Positions 51,452-63,438 of a stretch of DNA of 64,000 bases are shown here, in pieces. This DNA is from Chiloscyllium plagiosum (taxonomy: Eukaryota). Position numbers and translations under genes: made by a program. The notes below the pieces were generated by a model. That model did no database searches, was not told the DNA's origin, and was given only the letters and a program-made list of their open reading frames with translations. The stretch spans positions 70,199,623 to 70,263,622 of the forward strand of contig NC_057726.1 in assembly GCF_004010195.1 (NCBI RefSeq), in the 5' to 3' direction. The stretch's first letter is position 1; each line of letters opens with the position of its first letter.

Positions 51452-52929
51452 CATTACAGTGTAATTACTCAGAAAAGTATGAAGGAAATGAATATCAAGT
51501 TGCTTACAGTACGCAAAAATGTCATAATATTAAAACATATTGCTGTCCAAATAAAGAAGATGATATTCAGCCCTGCTGTCTTCTTAAAACTGTTCATAAA
51601 AGGCACACTAGTATCAACATTCATTGCACATTCAATCCGATATGTCCTTTAAGTTGTATAAATGCCAGGGCTATGTGGATTGGTTTATGCATCTCAACTA
51701 TCAGATTTCTCTGGTTTGATATGAAAAGAACATTTTTCATTATGAGGATCTGTTTTAAACGACTGTTCAAATATCTGTTTAAGTGGTTTATATTCAAAGT
51801 GGTCAGAGTATCACAGACGTTAATACTTTCGTTGTTAAAGATAGCAAAACAATGAAATCTTTTCACAGTCAAAAATGATGAAGAATGTTGGTGCTCTGAA
51901 AATACAACCAATTACTCCAACCGACTTATCACTTCTCCAAGTCACTGCAATTTTACTATGGAATTCAAAGTCTCTTTAGAAGATTACCATTATATCTGCT
52001 TTCTCGAAATTTGTAGATAATGTATTGCAGATCAAGAGACGGCCAAATCAAGAATTTAATAATTTCATCCTGCTGCTTATTTGAAATGTTTGCAAGCCGA
52101 TCAAAGACTCCTCGTGTACTAAAATATATTCTGTCCTATCTACATCATCAAAAGCATCATAACATAATTTCCTTTTACCCTAACTTCTGTGTGAAGGGTA
52201 TCGGTTTCAGTGTTTTCTACTATTAGCTGGAAAATCATTCAAGTGAATTTTCAATACACATTTTTCACTGGAGAGCGAATTTCCATTAGAAACAACTGAA
52301 ATGCAGACCGCAACTTCGGGCGCAATATGAAGCCGAAATCTAGGATCTCGTCTTCCGCAGGAAGTGTCATTTCTCCTGCACCTCGCGGGTGGAGCGCCGG
52401 CCAAGTTGATCAAAGGGTCGAAGCTCAGGTTCGGAACACAAGAGGAGAACAACAGACACCAGAAAAAGAAGTTTTTAAAAAAAAAAACCTGAACATGTCC
52501 TTTCCAGTTTATATCCGTTCTAGTTTATTAAGGCTGTTGCCTGAAATAACTACCGGAAGTAGGATGAATAATAATTGCTCGCTTATCCAGTGGCGCCAAT
52601 ATTCCTTGATTTTTTTTAAACAAGAACTAGAATATCGGAAGCTTTAACAATTTCAGTTATGACTTGTGATTTCTGAACTGATTTCTTTTTCTTAATATCT
52701 GTTTCTCCCGACCTCTTAACATACTTTTAACAACCTCTTTCTGTTGCGTTCTGGACATGATGTGGGTTGTTTTCAATCTTCGAAATTAAACTGTTTAGTT
52801 CATAATCTTTTATTCTATTATGGATTTTGTTGAAGTTTCAAGAATTCTCGCAGTGTTCACAGTTTGGCGGTGTTCTGGAGCACTGTGCACGCTTCTTTAC
52901 AGTGACGATCGGGGCAATATTTCAGGGGA
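51346..52929 (-). repeat. Inverted segmental duplication, outer right arm (A')
   Basis: Reverse complement of 43463-45365. Confidence 0.92.
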
Positions 52930-54600
52930 ACACTTCAGCAGTCAAGGACGCTAAGGTTCTGATCTTCAGGTAAACATCCTCCAAGACGGCCTTTGAGCCG
53001 TCTTGGGGAAGTTGTGCACCACAAGAACGCAGAATCACTGAGCAGAAACTGATAGCCAAGTTCCATATGCAGTTAGATGGCCTCAACCATGATCTTCAAT
53101 TCATATGACCCCAACTGTTCTGAATCTGTGAAATATTCCATAATGTTTGACATCATCATCTTGATAAATGGTTATGATCTTGCTGCCTTAATAAGCTTGG
53201 ACAGTTTTGGATTACTTATTCCTTTGGTTAGACCCTCAGCATGTGACTCTTTTACCGATCATGTTATCCCAGTCAAATAAAAACCAAAAGAACTGTGGAT
53301 GCTGTAAATGAAGAGCAAGGGGCAGGGGTTGTTGCTGGTGGTGGTGGGTAATGGGGGCTAAGTGGTCTAGCGGAAGCTGTGAAGAAAAGTCAGAGTTCAC
53401 GTTTTGGATCCAGTGAGCCTTTGTTTTTTTTTGCACAGATACTGCCGGACTAGCATGTTTCATGTTACTTCCATCATTTGCTTGACCTCCAGCACCGTCT
53501 TATTTCTATTATTTTTTTGTAATTATCTCTCTACTGATTTCATCTGATTCTAGATCATCTTCATTTGTTATTCAGCTGCTGACACCTTCTGCTGCTCACC
53601 ATCTAACACCCTTGGTCACCTTCAGATTCTTATTATTCGACACGGGCTCCTACCATTTGTGTAATTTTTTGATCTCTCTGCCATTGATCTCTGTCCTCAT
53701 AAATGCTGTGTTCTGTGTGTTTCTTTCTCACTTCACCTGATGAAGGCGCTCCACACTGAAAGCTTGTGATTTCAAATAAACCTGTTCAACAGCATCTGAG
53801 GAGCAGGAGAATCAACATTTCTGGAATAAGTCCTTCATCAGGAATGAGTCTTGGAGGCTGACGGTTGAGATATAAATGGGAGGAGTGTGGGCTTGGGGGG
53901 AAGATAACTGAGAATACAATAGGTATTAGAAGGTGGGGAGGAGGCAATAGGTTGGAATGTACGGTGGAGCAGATGGATTAAAAGATGATGGAAATGTCAA
54001 GGTGTGGGAGGTGAAATGAGGAAACTTGTGATATCTACATTAATCCCGTGTGGTTCCAGGTGTTGGGTGATTAGGTTTTGGTGATGGAGGAGGCCCAGGA
54101 CCTCCATGTCCTTGCTGGAGTGGGAAGGGGAGTTGAAGTGGTCAGCCACAGGGCGGTGGGGTTGGTTGGTGTGGGTGTCCCAGAGATGTTCACTGAAATG
54201 ATCTGAAAATTGGTTTCCTGTCTCTCCAATGTGGAGCACACCACATCACGTGCAATGGATGTAGTAGATGATATTTCTGGAGGTTACGGTAAATTTCTGT
54301 TGGAAGTGGAAGGATCCTTTGGGGCCATGGATGGAAGTAAGATGGGAGGTATGGACTCAGGTTTTGCAATTCCTGTGGTGGCAGCGGAAGGTGTCAGGTG
54401 TCACCGAGCGAGGGCTGGCCATGGGGTGTGGATATGACAAGGGAGTTGCAAAGGGAATAGCATCTTTGAAATGGTGATCAAGGTGGGAAGGGAAATATAT
54501 TCCTAGTGGAAGGGTCTGCTATAAGTGGTGGAAGTGGCAGAGGATGATGCAACGTACCAGGAGTTTGGTGGGGAGGAAGTTGAGGACCAAGGGTTCTGTC
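52925..54600. mobile_element. Tail-to-tail Penelope 3' fragments (paralog of 20370-22140)
   Basis: HIGETG.QFSDHFSEHL..PVADHFNSPSHS (GIY-YIG, minus); hammerhead-like cores at 53737 (+) and about 53820-53841 (-). Confidence 0.85.
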
Positions 54601-54978
54601 ATATTTGGGCCAAATGGCCTGTTTCCAGACTATAGGGAATCAAATACAACTTCCAGAGGATGTTCCTCTGAATTGAATACCAACATGTTGCCACACCTGC
54701 TGGGTCTGTTCTGTCTGACAATGTATACGCAGGGATGGTGATGTCTGTGACACTGTGTGCAATTGAATGTTTGAGGAGCATTCTTGTGTGTTTGTAATAT
54801 TGATATAATTAATTTTCATGCAATTGTTTTAAAACAAACTTTCCTTAAAACATTGGCTATTGAAATAAAAGCCTGTAGAATGAAGTGTAATTATCAAATA
54901 TTAAGCAGCTAATTCAACAAGACATCAGTCCATCTGATGTATTTAACCTATCAACCTGGCTTTATTTATTCATTGCAG

Positions 54979-55877
54979 TTAACCTGATGGCCATTGTGAT
55001 CCTTTCTCAGAGGAACTGCGGTCTCTCAGGATGTATCACATGGTACCTGATAGCAATGGCGATGGCTGATTTCTTTGTTGTCATATCTGATGTGCTGCTG
55101 AGATGGCTTATTATGTATTTTCCAGTATCTTTCCTGGATATTACTTATGTCTGTAGTTTGGTTACAGTGCTTATTTCTGCAGCCACAATGAATTCTGTTT
55201 GGTTGACTGTTGCTTTTACTTTTGATCGATTTGTGGCTATTTGCTGGCAGAAGCTTAAAACCAGATACTGCACTGAGAAAACTGCAGCCGTGATTATTGG
55301 AACAGTGAGCGTGTTGAGCTATTTGGAAAACATTCCCTGGTTTTTCTATTTCCAACCCAAGTACATCTTCAATAACCTGCCATGGTTTTGCATCACAAAA
55401 TCAGAGCATTACACTTCAGTCTTCTGGATATTATATGGTGCAGTCCATCGCCTTCTGTCCCCTTTACTGCCATGCATTATTTTGCTTGTTGTGAACACTC
55501 TGACCGTCAGACATATTATCTTTGCGAGCAAGGCCCGCAGGAGACTCCAGAAGGACAAGGACAAGGACAAGGAGAATCCCCGTGACCTAGAGATGGACAA
55601 ACGCAGAAAATCCATTGTTTTACTCTTTGCTATCTCAGCCAGCTTCATTATTTTATGGACTCCTTATGTGACATGTTTCCTATATCAACATATTGCAGTA
55701 GTACATGATTATTCTCCACTTTGCCCAACTGCAGGTACAATCAGTTACGTGCTCCAGCTCCTCAGTACTTGTACAAACACTTGTATATACACCGTGACCC
55801 AGAGGCAATTCCGAGAGCAGCTGAAAAGAGTTATGAAACTCCCTTTCACTATCATTCTCAGATCCATCAAACAATAA
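54979..55877 (+). CDS. GPR139/GPR142-like GPCR gene 2, coding exon 2 (intact; first exon not found)
   Basis: Same acceptor TTCATTGCAG|TT AAC CTG ATG; 296-codon ORF from the ATG, roughly 80-85% identical by eye to 22521-23405. Confidence 0.88.
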
Positions 55878-56118
55878 AAATAATGCATAGCATGCAGTAG
55901 AATTTGATTAGATCCATAAACCTTTGCATATTTGAGCTGAGCATCTCTGAGACTGCAACACAGCGCAACATGTTTGTGCCCACAGCAAAGGCATCAGAGA
56001 AAACTTTATTCATTTTTCATTTCAAGGACTTATTCATTTCACCTCTGGAAGTTACTCTTGTATCAGCCCCCACCATACCAGGAAGCACGGTGTCTCAGTG
56101 GCTCAGGTTCGATTCCAG

Positions 56119-56609
56119 GATTAGATTGGATTACTTACTGACAGTGTGGAAACAGGCCCTTCGGGCCAACAGGTCCACGCCGACCCGCCAAAGCTCAACC
56201 CACCCAGACCTATTCCCCTACATTTACCCCTTCACCTAACACTACGGGCAATTTGATATGTACAGATTCACCTAACCTGCACATTTTTGGACTTGTGGGA
56301 GGAAACCGGAGCACCAGGAGGAAAACCACGCAGACACTGGCAGAATGTGCAAACTCCACACAGTCAGTCGCCTGAGGCAGGAATTGAACCCGGGTCTCTG
56401 GCCCTGTGAGGCAGCAGTGCTAACCGCTGTGTCACTGTGCTGCCAACAAAGATCTCTCCACCTTCACGCACTCTGCCTGTATTCCTGATGAAGGGCTTTT
56501 GCCTGAAACATTGATTTTCCTGCTTCTCGGATGCTACCTAAACTGCTGTGCTTTTCCAGCACCACTAATCCAGAATCAAGTTTCCAGCATCTGCATTCAT
56601 TGTTTTTAC
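56119..56609. mobile_element. SINE (-) plus Penelope pLTR fragment (+) inserted into an older SINE
   Basis: Young SINE at 56119-56445; CTGATGAAGGGCTTTTGCCTGAAAC at 56485; flanking repeat CAGGTTC(G/A)ATTCCAG. Confidence 0.85.
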
Positions 56610-58088
56610 CAGGTTCAATTCCAGCCTTGGGCGACTGTCTGTATGGAGGGAGCACATTCTCCCCGTGTCTGCATGGGTTTTCTGCTAGAGTCCAAGGATG
56701 TGCAGGCCAGATGAATTGGCCATGCTAAATTTCCCACACTGTTCAGGGATGTGTCGATTAGGTGCATTAGTCAGGGGTAAATATCGAATGGGGCCTTGGT
56801 GGGTTACTCTTTGGAGGGTTAGTATGGACTTGTTGGGACTGAGGGCTTGTTTCCACACTGTCGGGATTCTATGAACCTGTGAGGCAGGTTATTCCATATT
56901 GTAACCACTCAGTGAGTAAACACTTTGATTTCTAACTTCCTTCTCCTTTGCCTGTCAATTACTTTCCACTTATACTTTCTGGCTAGTAAAATTATGTCAG
57001 TTTGAACATTTTCTTTCTCATCATCTATATCATGTTCATGACCATTTGTATTCAATTCCTCTTTACTAGCTCTGAAGAACAGCCCATATTTCTGCACTCT
57101 CACCAGTTAACCGAAATTCCTCATCCTTCATATAAGCAATATATACCCCCGAAAATCTCACAAAATCCTTCCACTTATGCCAAGTGTACAACTGAATACT
57201 GCATCCTCGGATACTAAGAAAAGTAACTACAGAGATAGCGGATGTATTGGTTGTTATCTCACAAGAATCCTTAGATTCATGAGAGGTCCCAAAGGATTGG
57301 AAGACTACCAACTTAACAGCTTTATTCAGATCGGGAAGGAGGCAAGACAATCTAACCATAGGCTAAATGTGTTTTGATTTAAACATCTACAGGTACTCAA
57401 ATTCCCTTTTGAAACAGCTTGATCATCCAGAACAGTGGCGTTGACCAAATACTATATTCTGTACTCCTGATACAACATGTGTGTAACCATTCCTTACTTT
57501 CTTTAACTGTGTTTACTTACAATATGTTTATGCAATACCTATTTTGTAACCTCTTCAAGGAAATTAATATCCAAAAATTTTAATTGAATTTCTTGGGTTG
57601 GTTTACACAGATAACGCTGATGTGGTTTTTACTCTTGCCTCCAATACGTCAGTTTTATTTGTCCCGTATTTAGTGAGAGCCAAAAGCATGTAATAGTTTA
57701 TTTCCCATTTTGTTTCTATTTCTGTTTTGCCTTGGCTTAAATTAATTGGCAAGTTCACAACTATATCTTACACTAGAACCACTGGTCATATCTGGAACTT
57801 GCATTTTCACAACAAGAATTGGTTTCCCTAATTTGAAACAGGAGCTTATGCCTATTTCCTGTAGGTTCTGACCCATTTTGGGAATGTGTGAAGTGGGAAT
57901 ACGCCTGACAGTTCTGTCTACTGGAAAAGAAGAACATTGTCAAGTTAATTGGTACATTTTTGTTTCTCTATCTGTGTATTTACCTGAATCACTCATCCCC
58001 AGCAATGACTGAGCCTTAGTCCATCAGGCTGTGTTTCTTTCCCTTCAGATAAAAGCAAATTACTGCAGATTCTGGAATCTCAAACCAA

Positions 58089-58251
58089 AAGAGAAAAGGC
58101 TGGAAAATCTCAGCAGGTCTGGCAGCATCTGTAAGGAGAGAAAAGAGCTGACGTTTCGCTTCTAACTGACCCTTTTAGACTCAAAATGTCAGCTCTTTTC
58201 TCTCCTTACAGATGCTGCCAGACCTGCTCACATTTTCCAGCATTTTCTCTT
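58089..58251. repeat. Palindromic Penelope-derived miniature element
   Basis: 41-bp perfect inverted core (58112-58152 vs 58188-58228) within longer imperfect arms. Confidence 0.85.
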
Positions 58252-58878
58252 ATGGTTTCTTTCACTTGGATGAAAGCGCTGCTTGTTTAGGGGAAACCCA
58301 TTGCAGTGCAGCAATTTCCACAATTTTGACTGAATTCCTTGGTGGTTCCACAGACAGTACTTCTGTCAACAGTCCTTCTCTTCTTCATGTACTGGAAACA
58401 AACTGTTCCAATCGATAATATGCCTGATTCCACATTTTCAAAATTAGCTCAGCCGAAGAATGACATGAGCCACAACTACTCGAATCCTCAAACGGATTTC
58501 CAACCTACAACCAGAAAATCTTCAGGAATCCCTTCCCCATTTGATAGAATCCTGAGGGACTAAGCCATTCACAATCATTCCTCGACTTCTTGGAATCTCA
58601 ATATATCTGAATCCCTTTTGTTATGATTCCTATTTAAGCCACGTCTAAGGAGCAAGGAGTGTATTCACTATTTGAATAACTCTTTATGTGCCCTGGTTTC
58701 AGATTTGATTTATTATTGTACAGTACATTGAAAAGTTTTAATAAATAAATTAACATTTGTACGTTTCCTATTTTAATTTGCATGAACACTGTACTTACAA
58801 AATGTACACACTTTATGCAAATACATTAAAAAACACATTTTCTTTTGTTGAATTAGTCCAGATATGTCTGTCCAAAGT

Positions 58879-59040
58879 GTGGTGCTGGAAAAGCATTGCA
58901 CGTCAGGCAATATCCGAGGAACAGGACAATCGACGTTTCCTGATGAAGTGCCTATGCCCAAAACATCGATTCTCCTTTCCTTGGATGCTGCCTGACCTGC
59001 TGTGCTTTTCCAGCACCATAATCTCCAGCATTGCAGTCCT
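58879..59040. repeat. Palindromic Penelope pLTR pair with a degenerate hammerhead in the loop
   Basis: Arms 58879-58938 and 58961-59019 are inverted; loop CTGATGAAGTGCCTATGCCCAAAAC. Confidence 0.8.
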
Positions 59041-59359
59041 CACTTGCACTCATATATGTCTGTGTACACTCTGCTACCTTTACAAGCTTTTACATTCTCT
59101 TTGACTCATACTTTGAGATGTGGTGGATGTTATATATCAAATGAATGGGCTTCTTCTCATTCTGAAGAAGAGTTATTTTAGACTTAAATCATTAACTCTG
59201 TTCCCTCATTACAGATGCTACCAAAACTGCTGAGTTTCTCCAGAACATTGTTTTTAATTTCAGATTACCAGCATTCACAATATTTTGCCCTTATTTGTGG
59301 AGCACCGCAGCTGGATATGTTCACATGACATGTCAACAGACTTAAAAAATGAACAGGGA

Positions 59360-59636
59360 GCCAATGGCTGTCACTGAATGTGTAGTCCAGAGACCCAGGT
59401 AATGTTGTGGGGACCTGCAGTTGAATCCTGCCATGGCAGATGATGGAATTTGAACTCAATAAATATGAGGAATTAAGCATCTAATGATAACCATTAATCC
59501 ATTGTTGACTGGTTCACTAATGCCATTTAGGGAAGGAATCTGGCATCCTTACCTGGTCTGACCTACGTGTGACCCCACAGCCACAGCTATCCGGTTACCT
59601 CTTCGCTGCCTTCTGGATAGTTAGGGATTGGCAATA
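59360..59636 (+). mobile_element. Second tRNA-derived SINE family (3' tail shared with the LINE at about 14 kb)
   Basis: CTGGTTCACTAATGCCATTTAGGGAAGGAATCTG core; TAGGGATTGGCAATAA tail also seen at 12870 and, on minus, at 14030-14055. Confidence 0.65.
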
Positions 59637-60068
59637 AGACCATAAAACCATAAGACATAGGAGCGGAAGTAACGCCATTCGGCCCATCGAGTCCACTCCA
59701 CCATTCAATCATGGCTGATGGGCATTTCAACTCCACTTACCCGCATTCTCCCCGTAGCCCTTAGTTCCTTGTGACATCAAGAATTTATCAATTTATCAAT
59801 TTCTGCCTTGAAGACATTTAGCGTCCCGGTCTCCACTGCACACTACGGCAATGAATTCCACAGGCCCACCACTCGCTGGCTGAAGAAATGTCTCCACATT
59901 TCTGTTCTTAATTTACCACCTCTAATTCTAAGGCTGTGTCCACGGGTCCTAGTCTCCTTGCCTAACGGAAACAATTTCCTAGCGTCCACCCTCTCCAAGC
60001 CATGTATTATCTTGTAAGTTTCCCTTAGATCTCCCCTTAATCTTCTAAACTCCAATGAATACAATCCC
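59637..60068 (-). mobile_element. CR1 3' end
   Basis: GLYSLEFRRLRGDL..FFSQRVVGLWNSLP; CCATAAGA-type tail. Confidence 0.9.
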
Positions 60069-61027
60069 AATAATTAACAAAGAAACAATAAGACAGTGTA
60101 CAGTATCAGACAAGTTGAGTGGTTAGTCAGTATCTCCAGACAGGCAATATGACAGTTTTCGGGGATGTCCATAAACATTGTCAGATTCTTCAGCGGAGAT
60201 GCTACATTGGTTCTGTTTGGAACCTGAATCACAGGTGACCTTTTTTTTTGGAAAATGCATGGACAACATGACAGTCAGTTGCGCTCTTGTGCATCCTGAA
60301 GATTGTATAATCCTCTTAGAGGCAATTGAGAGTATTTTCAGGATTGGTGAAGGGGGTGATAGGTGGGGAAAGTATCAGCTTGTTACTGATGTGTGATGCA
60401 CTGAAATTTTTCTCAGTGTCAGTAAGTTACTTATGTATGGTGCTTTAATATTTTTCTAAGTGTAACTGATGTAAAGCCAGTTTTGTTCTGCGTGAACACA
60501 GTAACGTCGAGGCTTTGAAAGGCAGAGAGGGAAAACAGAAAAAGGGTGAGTGAGCTACCACAGCTTTGCAGGCACCCACACTCCTCCGACTGCATGCCAT
60601 GCACCCAAGACCAATGGATGGATGACCCACACTTTACGTGCCGATTTGGCACCTCTCATTAGTTCATGGCCGGGGAGCAGCACGGTGAACTGTCAGACGC
60701 TGACGTGCCAAAGTGTCGCAGTAAAGCAGAGCATCAGAAGACCTCCAACCTCCTTGCTTCTCTCTCTCTCTCCACTACCCCCCAACCAACGCACACACAG
60801 TGCCACCAACCTCGACTCCGCCTGCCCCCTCGTAACTCGCCTGACTGCTGTTGCTGCCACCCAGGGCAGGTGCACACACGAACACCCCGGGGTAGAGGTG
60901 ATGAGCCTGTCGACATGGAACAGTCAGCAGGGCGTCGGGTTTGAGATCAGGTCAGAGCAAGAGTCGAAGTAATGGATAGGTGTGTATGAACGTGTGTGGG
61001 AGTAACATTCATGCAAATGGCACCAAC

Positions 61028-61570
61028 GAAAGTTTGACTCAAGGGATGACTTTCAATATATCACAGTGAGGTCGTTCCTCTGCTACTTACGAAACTCTCA
61101 GATAGAATCAGATTGTCTATGAATGATTTAGCACCAAGTTCCCCATGACCATCAAGTGTGATTAAAAGAGAGAGGCGTGCCCATACGGCTGCATGCCTGA
61201 CCAGAACTGAACGGCACTACGCACTGACCAGAGTCAGTTATGCCAGGCCAACCAGTGATCCGCAGTCCTAGGGTATCGCTATGTTTAGGTGAGATTCTGA
61301 CTTAGAGGTGTTCAGTCATAATCCCACAGATGGTAGCTTCACACCATTGACTCCTCAGCCAAACACATACATCTAATGTCTGAATCTGTGGTTCCTCTCA
61401 TACTGAACAGGATTGCAATTGAAACAACACATCATCAGTCGGGGAAAACTAACCTGTCTCACAATGTTCTAAACCTAGTTCACGTTCCCTATTAGTGGGT
61501 GAACAATCCAACATTTGGTGAATTTTGTTTCACAATGACAGCAAAAGAGCTGACATCAAAGGATCAAACA
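61028..61570 (-). pseudogene. Decayed 28S rRNA fragment (3' end)
   Basis: Matches antisense vertebrate 28S: GATTCTGACTTAGAGG.GTTCAGTCATAATCCCACAGATGGTAGCTTC, CACGTTCCCTATTAGTGGGTGAACAATCCAAC and TGACTTTCAATA; many CpG-type substitutions. Confidence 0.92.
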
Positions 61571-62059
61571 GTGTTCTTTCTGAGTTTTGTTGTTGCACAT
61601 TGGTGCTTGATAATTCCCCTTCATAGCTGAAAACCACAGCTGGATGTTATATGGGTGGTATTTTCTTCTTTGAAAAGCAGAGGGACCAGAGCTGGAGTTA
61701 TAAGAATGTTAAGCTAGTTACTTGCATAACAGACATCATTTAATGCATTATGTGAAATTTATTACAATCATAATATCACAAATCTGCCTTCCAGCTTAAC
61801 AATGATCTAAAATACACATCGTTATTGGCTAAAATATAAACAATAAAACCCATGAAAATCCCTAAAACCAATCAAAATATAAAACTAATATAAACCAAAA
61901 CTAAATCTAAACTCCAACTAAAATAAAATGTGAGCAAATAGGAAATCCATTTAGAATCTTAAAAATCTGTAAAACTTCCAAGCAATTCCAGACTCAGTGA
62001 CATCATCAGATGAGAGATTTCCTGCAGGAATATTTTAAATTTCAGTATCCCCAGGAAAG

Positions 62060-62655
62060 AAGAACGAAGAAAATTACAGTATTGGAACAAGCCCTTTGGC
62101 ACTCCTCTGATCCAGATCCTCTGACTAAATTTGTCGCCTATTTTGTAAGGGTCTGTATCGCTTTGGTCCCTGCCCATTCATGTATCTGTTTAGATACACC
62201 TTAAATGACACTATCATGCCCGGCTCTACCACCTCCACTGGCAACGCATTCCAGGCACCCACCACCCTCTGTGTGAAGACCTTTCCACGCATATCTCTGC
62301 TAAACCTTTCCCCTCTCACCTTGAATTCTTGACCTCTAGTAATTGAGTCCCCCTTTCTGCGAAAAAGCTGCTTGCTATCCAGTCTGTCTATACCCCTCAT
62401 GGTTTTGTAGACTTCAATCAGGGCCCCCCTTAACCTCCTTATTTCTAATGAGAATAATCCGAATCTACTCAACCTTTCTTCATAGCTAGCGCCTTCCATG
62501 CCAGGTAATATCCTGGTGAAGCTACTCTGCACCCTTTCAAAGCATCCATATGCTTTTGGTAATGCGATGACCGGAACTGTACATAGTATTCCAAATGTGG
62601 CCAAATCAAACCCTTACTCAACTGTAACATGACCTGTCAGCTGTTGCACTCAATA
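62060..62655 (-). mobile_element. CR1 3' portion
   Basis: ERVQSSFTRILPGM..YEERL..RRLRG.LIEVYK..FTQRVVGAWNALP. Confidence 0.92.
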
Positions 62656-62773
62656 CGCCGTCATGCTGCACGCTGCCAAGGCTGGTCACTGCGTTTGGCA
62701 GGTGGGTGCTATGCTGGTCTGGGTCATTTTCCTCTGGCAAGGAACAGACTGAGAAATAATATAAACCCATACT

Positions 62774-62925
62774 ACTCTCATAGGTGGGTCACTCGCCTTG
62801 TGCAGTCGATGAAGGACATAGCTAGCTGTGCAAGTGAATTTGAAGAGCAGCACACATTCGTCATTGGCACTTTAAACACACTTTATCGGCTGGGGGAACA
62901 CCCCTTGAGTCTCTTGAGCCTCAGT
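62774..62925 (+). pseudogene. Decayed 5.8S rRNA
   Basis: ACTCTCATAGGTGGGTCACTCGCCTTGTGCAGTCGATGAAGGACATAGCTAGCTG aligns to 5.8S ACTCTTAGCGGTGGATCACTCGGCTCGTGCGTCGATGAAGAACGCAGCTAGCTG. Confidence 0.8.
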
Positions 62926-63074
62926 GTGTGGGGATGGCCAGCAGGAGAGTTCACAGGGTCAGAGGCCCTGGAGACATGGTCCTGACCCCTAGTCGGGCGC
63001 CAGTCTGCGTGGGCATGAGGTTATTTCATACAAAAGAACTGAAACCTCTGTCTGTCCACTCCACCCCGAAGATC

Positions 63075-63404
63075 GACTGAAATGATGTGGCACCAGAGGT
63101 CTGCGGCGATGCCAGTGATCCCCCCGACCAGTCTCGAAACACGGACTAAGGAGTCGAACACATGCGCAAGTCAAAGGGCATTCACAACATCCCATGGCCA
63201 AATGAAGGGGAAGGTCAGCGGGGGTCGACCGAGGTGGGATACTGCCACCCCCGCGGCGGGCACATCATCGGTCTGTCTCACCCTCACCGTCAGGAGGTGG
63301 AGCACGGGAGCACGTGTTAGGACCCAAAAGAGGTCTGTAGCGGTCCTGCTGCATAAATTGGTCGTCTAACCTTGGGGTGAAAGACTAATCGAACCATCTT
63401 GTGG

Positions 63405-63438
<34 letters not shown>

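Larger units (their letters stand above)
52925..57420 (+). repeat. Direct segmental duplicate of 20370-24540 (Penelope remnants, GPCR exon 2, SINE, CR1 piece)
   Basis: Collinear similarity from GGGGAACACTTCAGCAGTCAAGGAC to CAGGTACTCAAATT..AACAGCTTG. Confidence 0.92.

Noticed and set aside
51292-51855. 187-aa ORF
   Set aside because: Runs through a TA/GA microsatellite in AT-rich DNA with no recognisable domain; the paralogous arm differs by indels.
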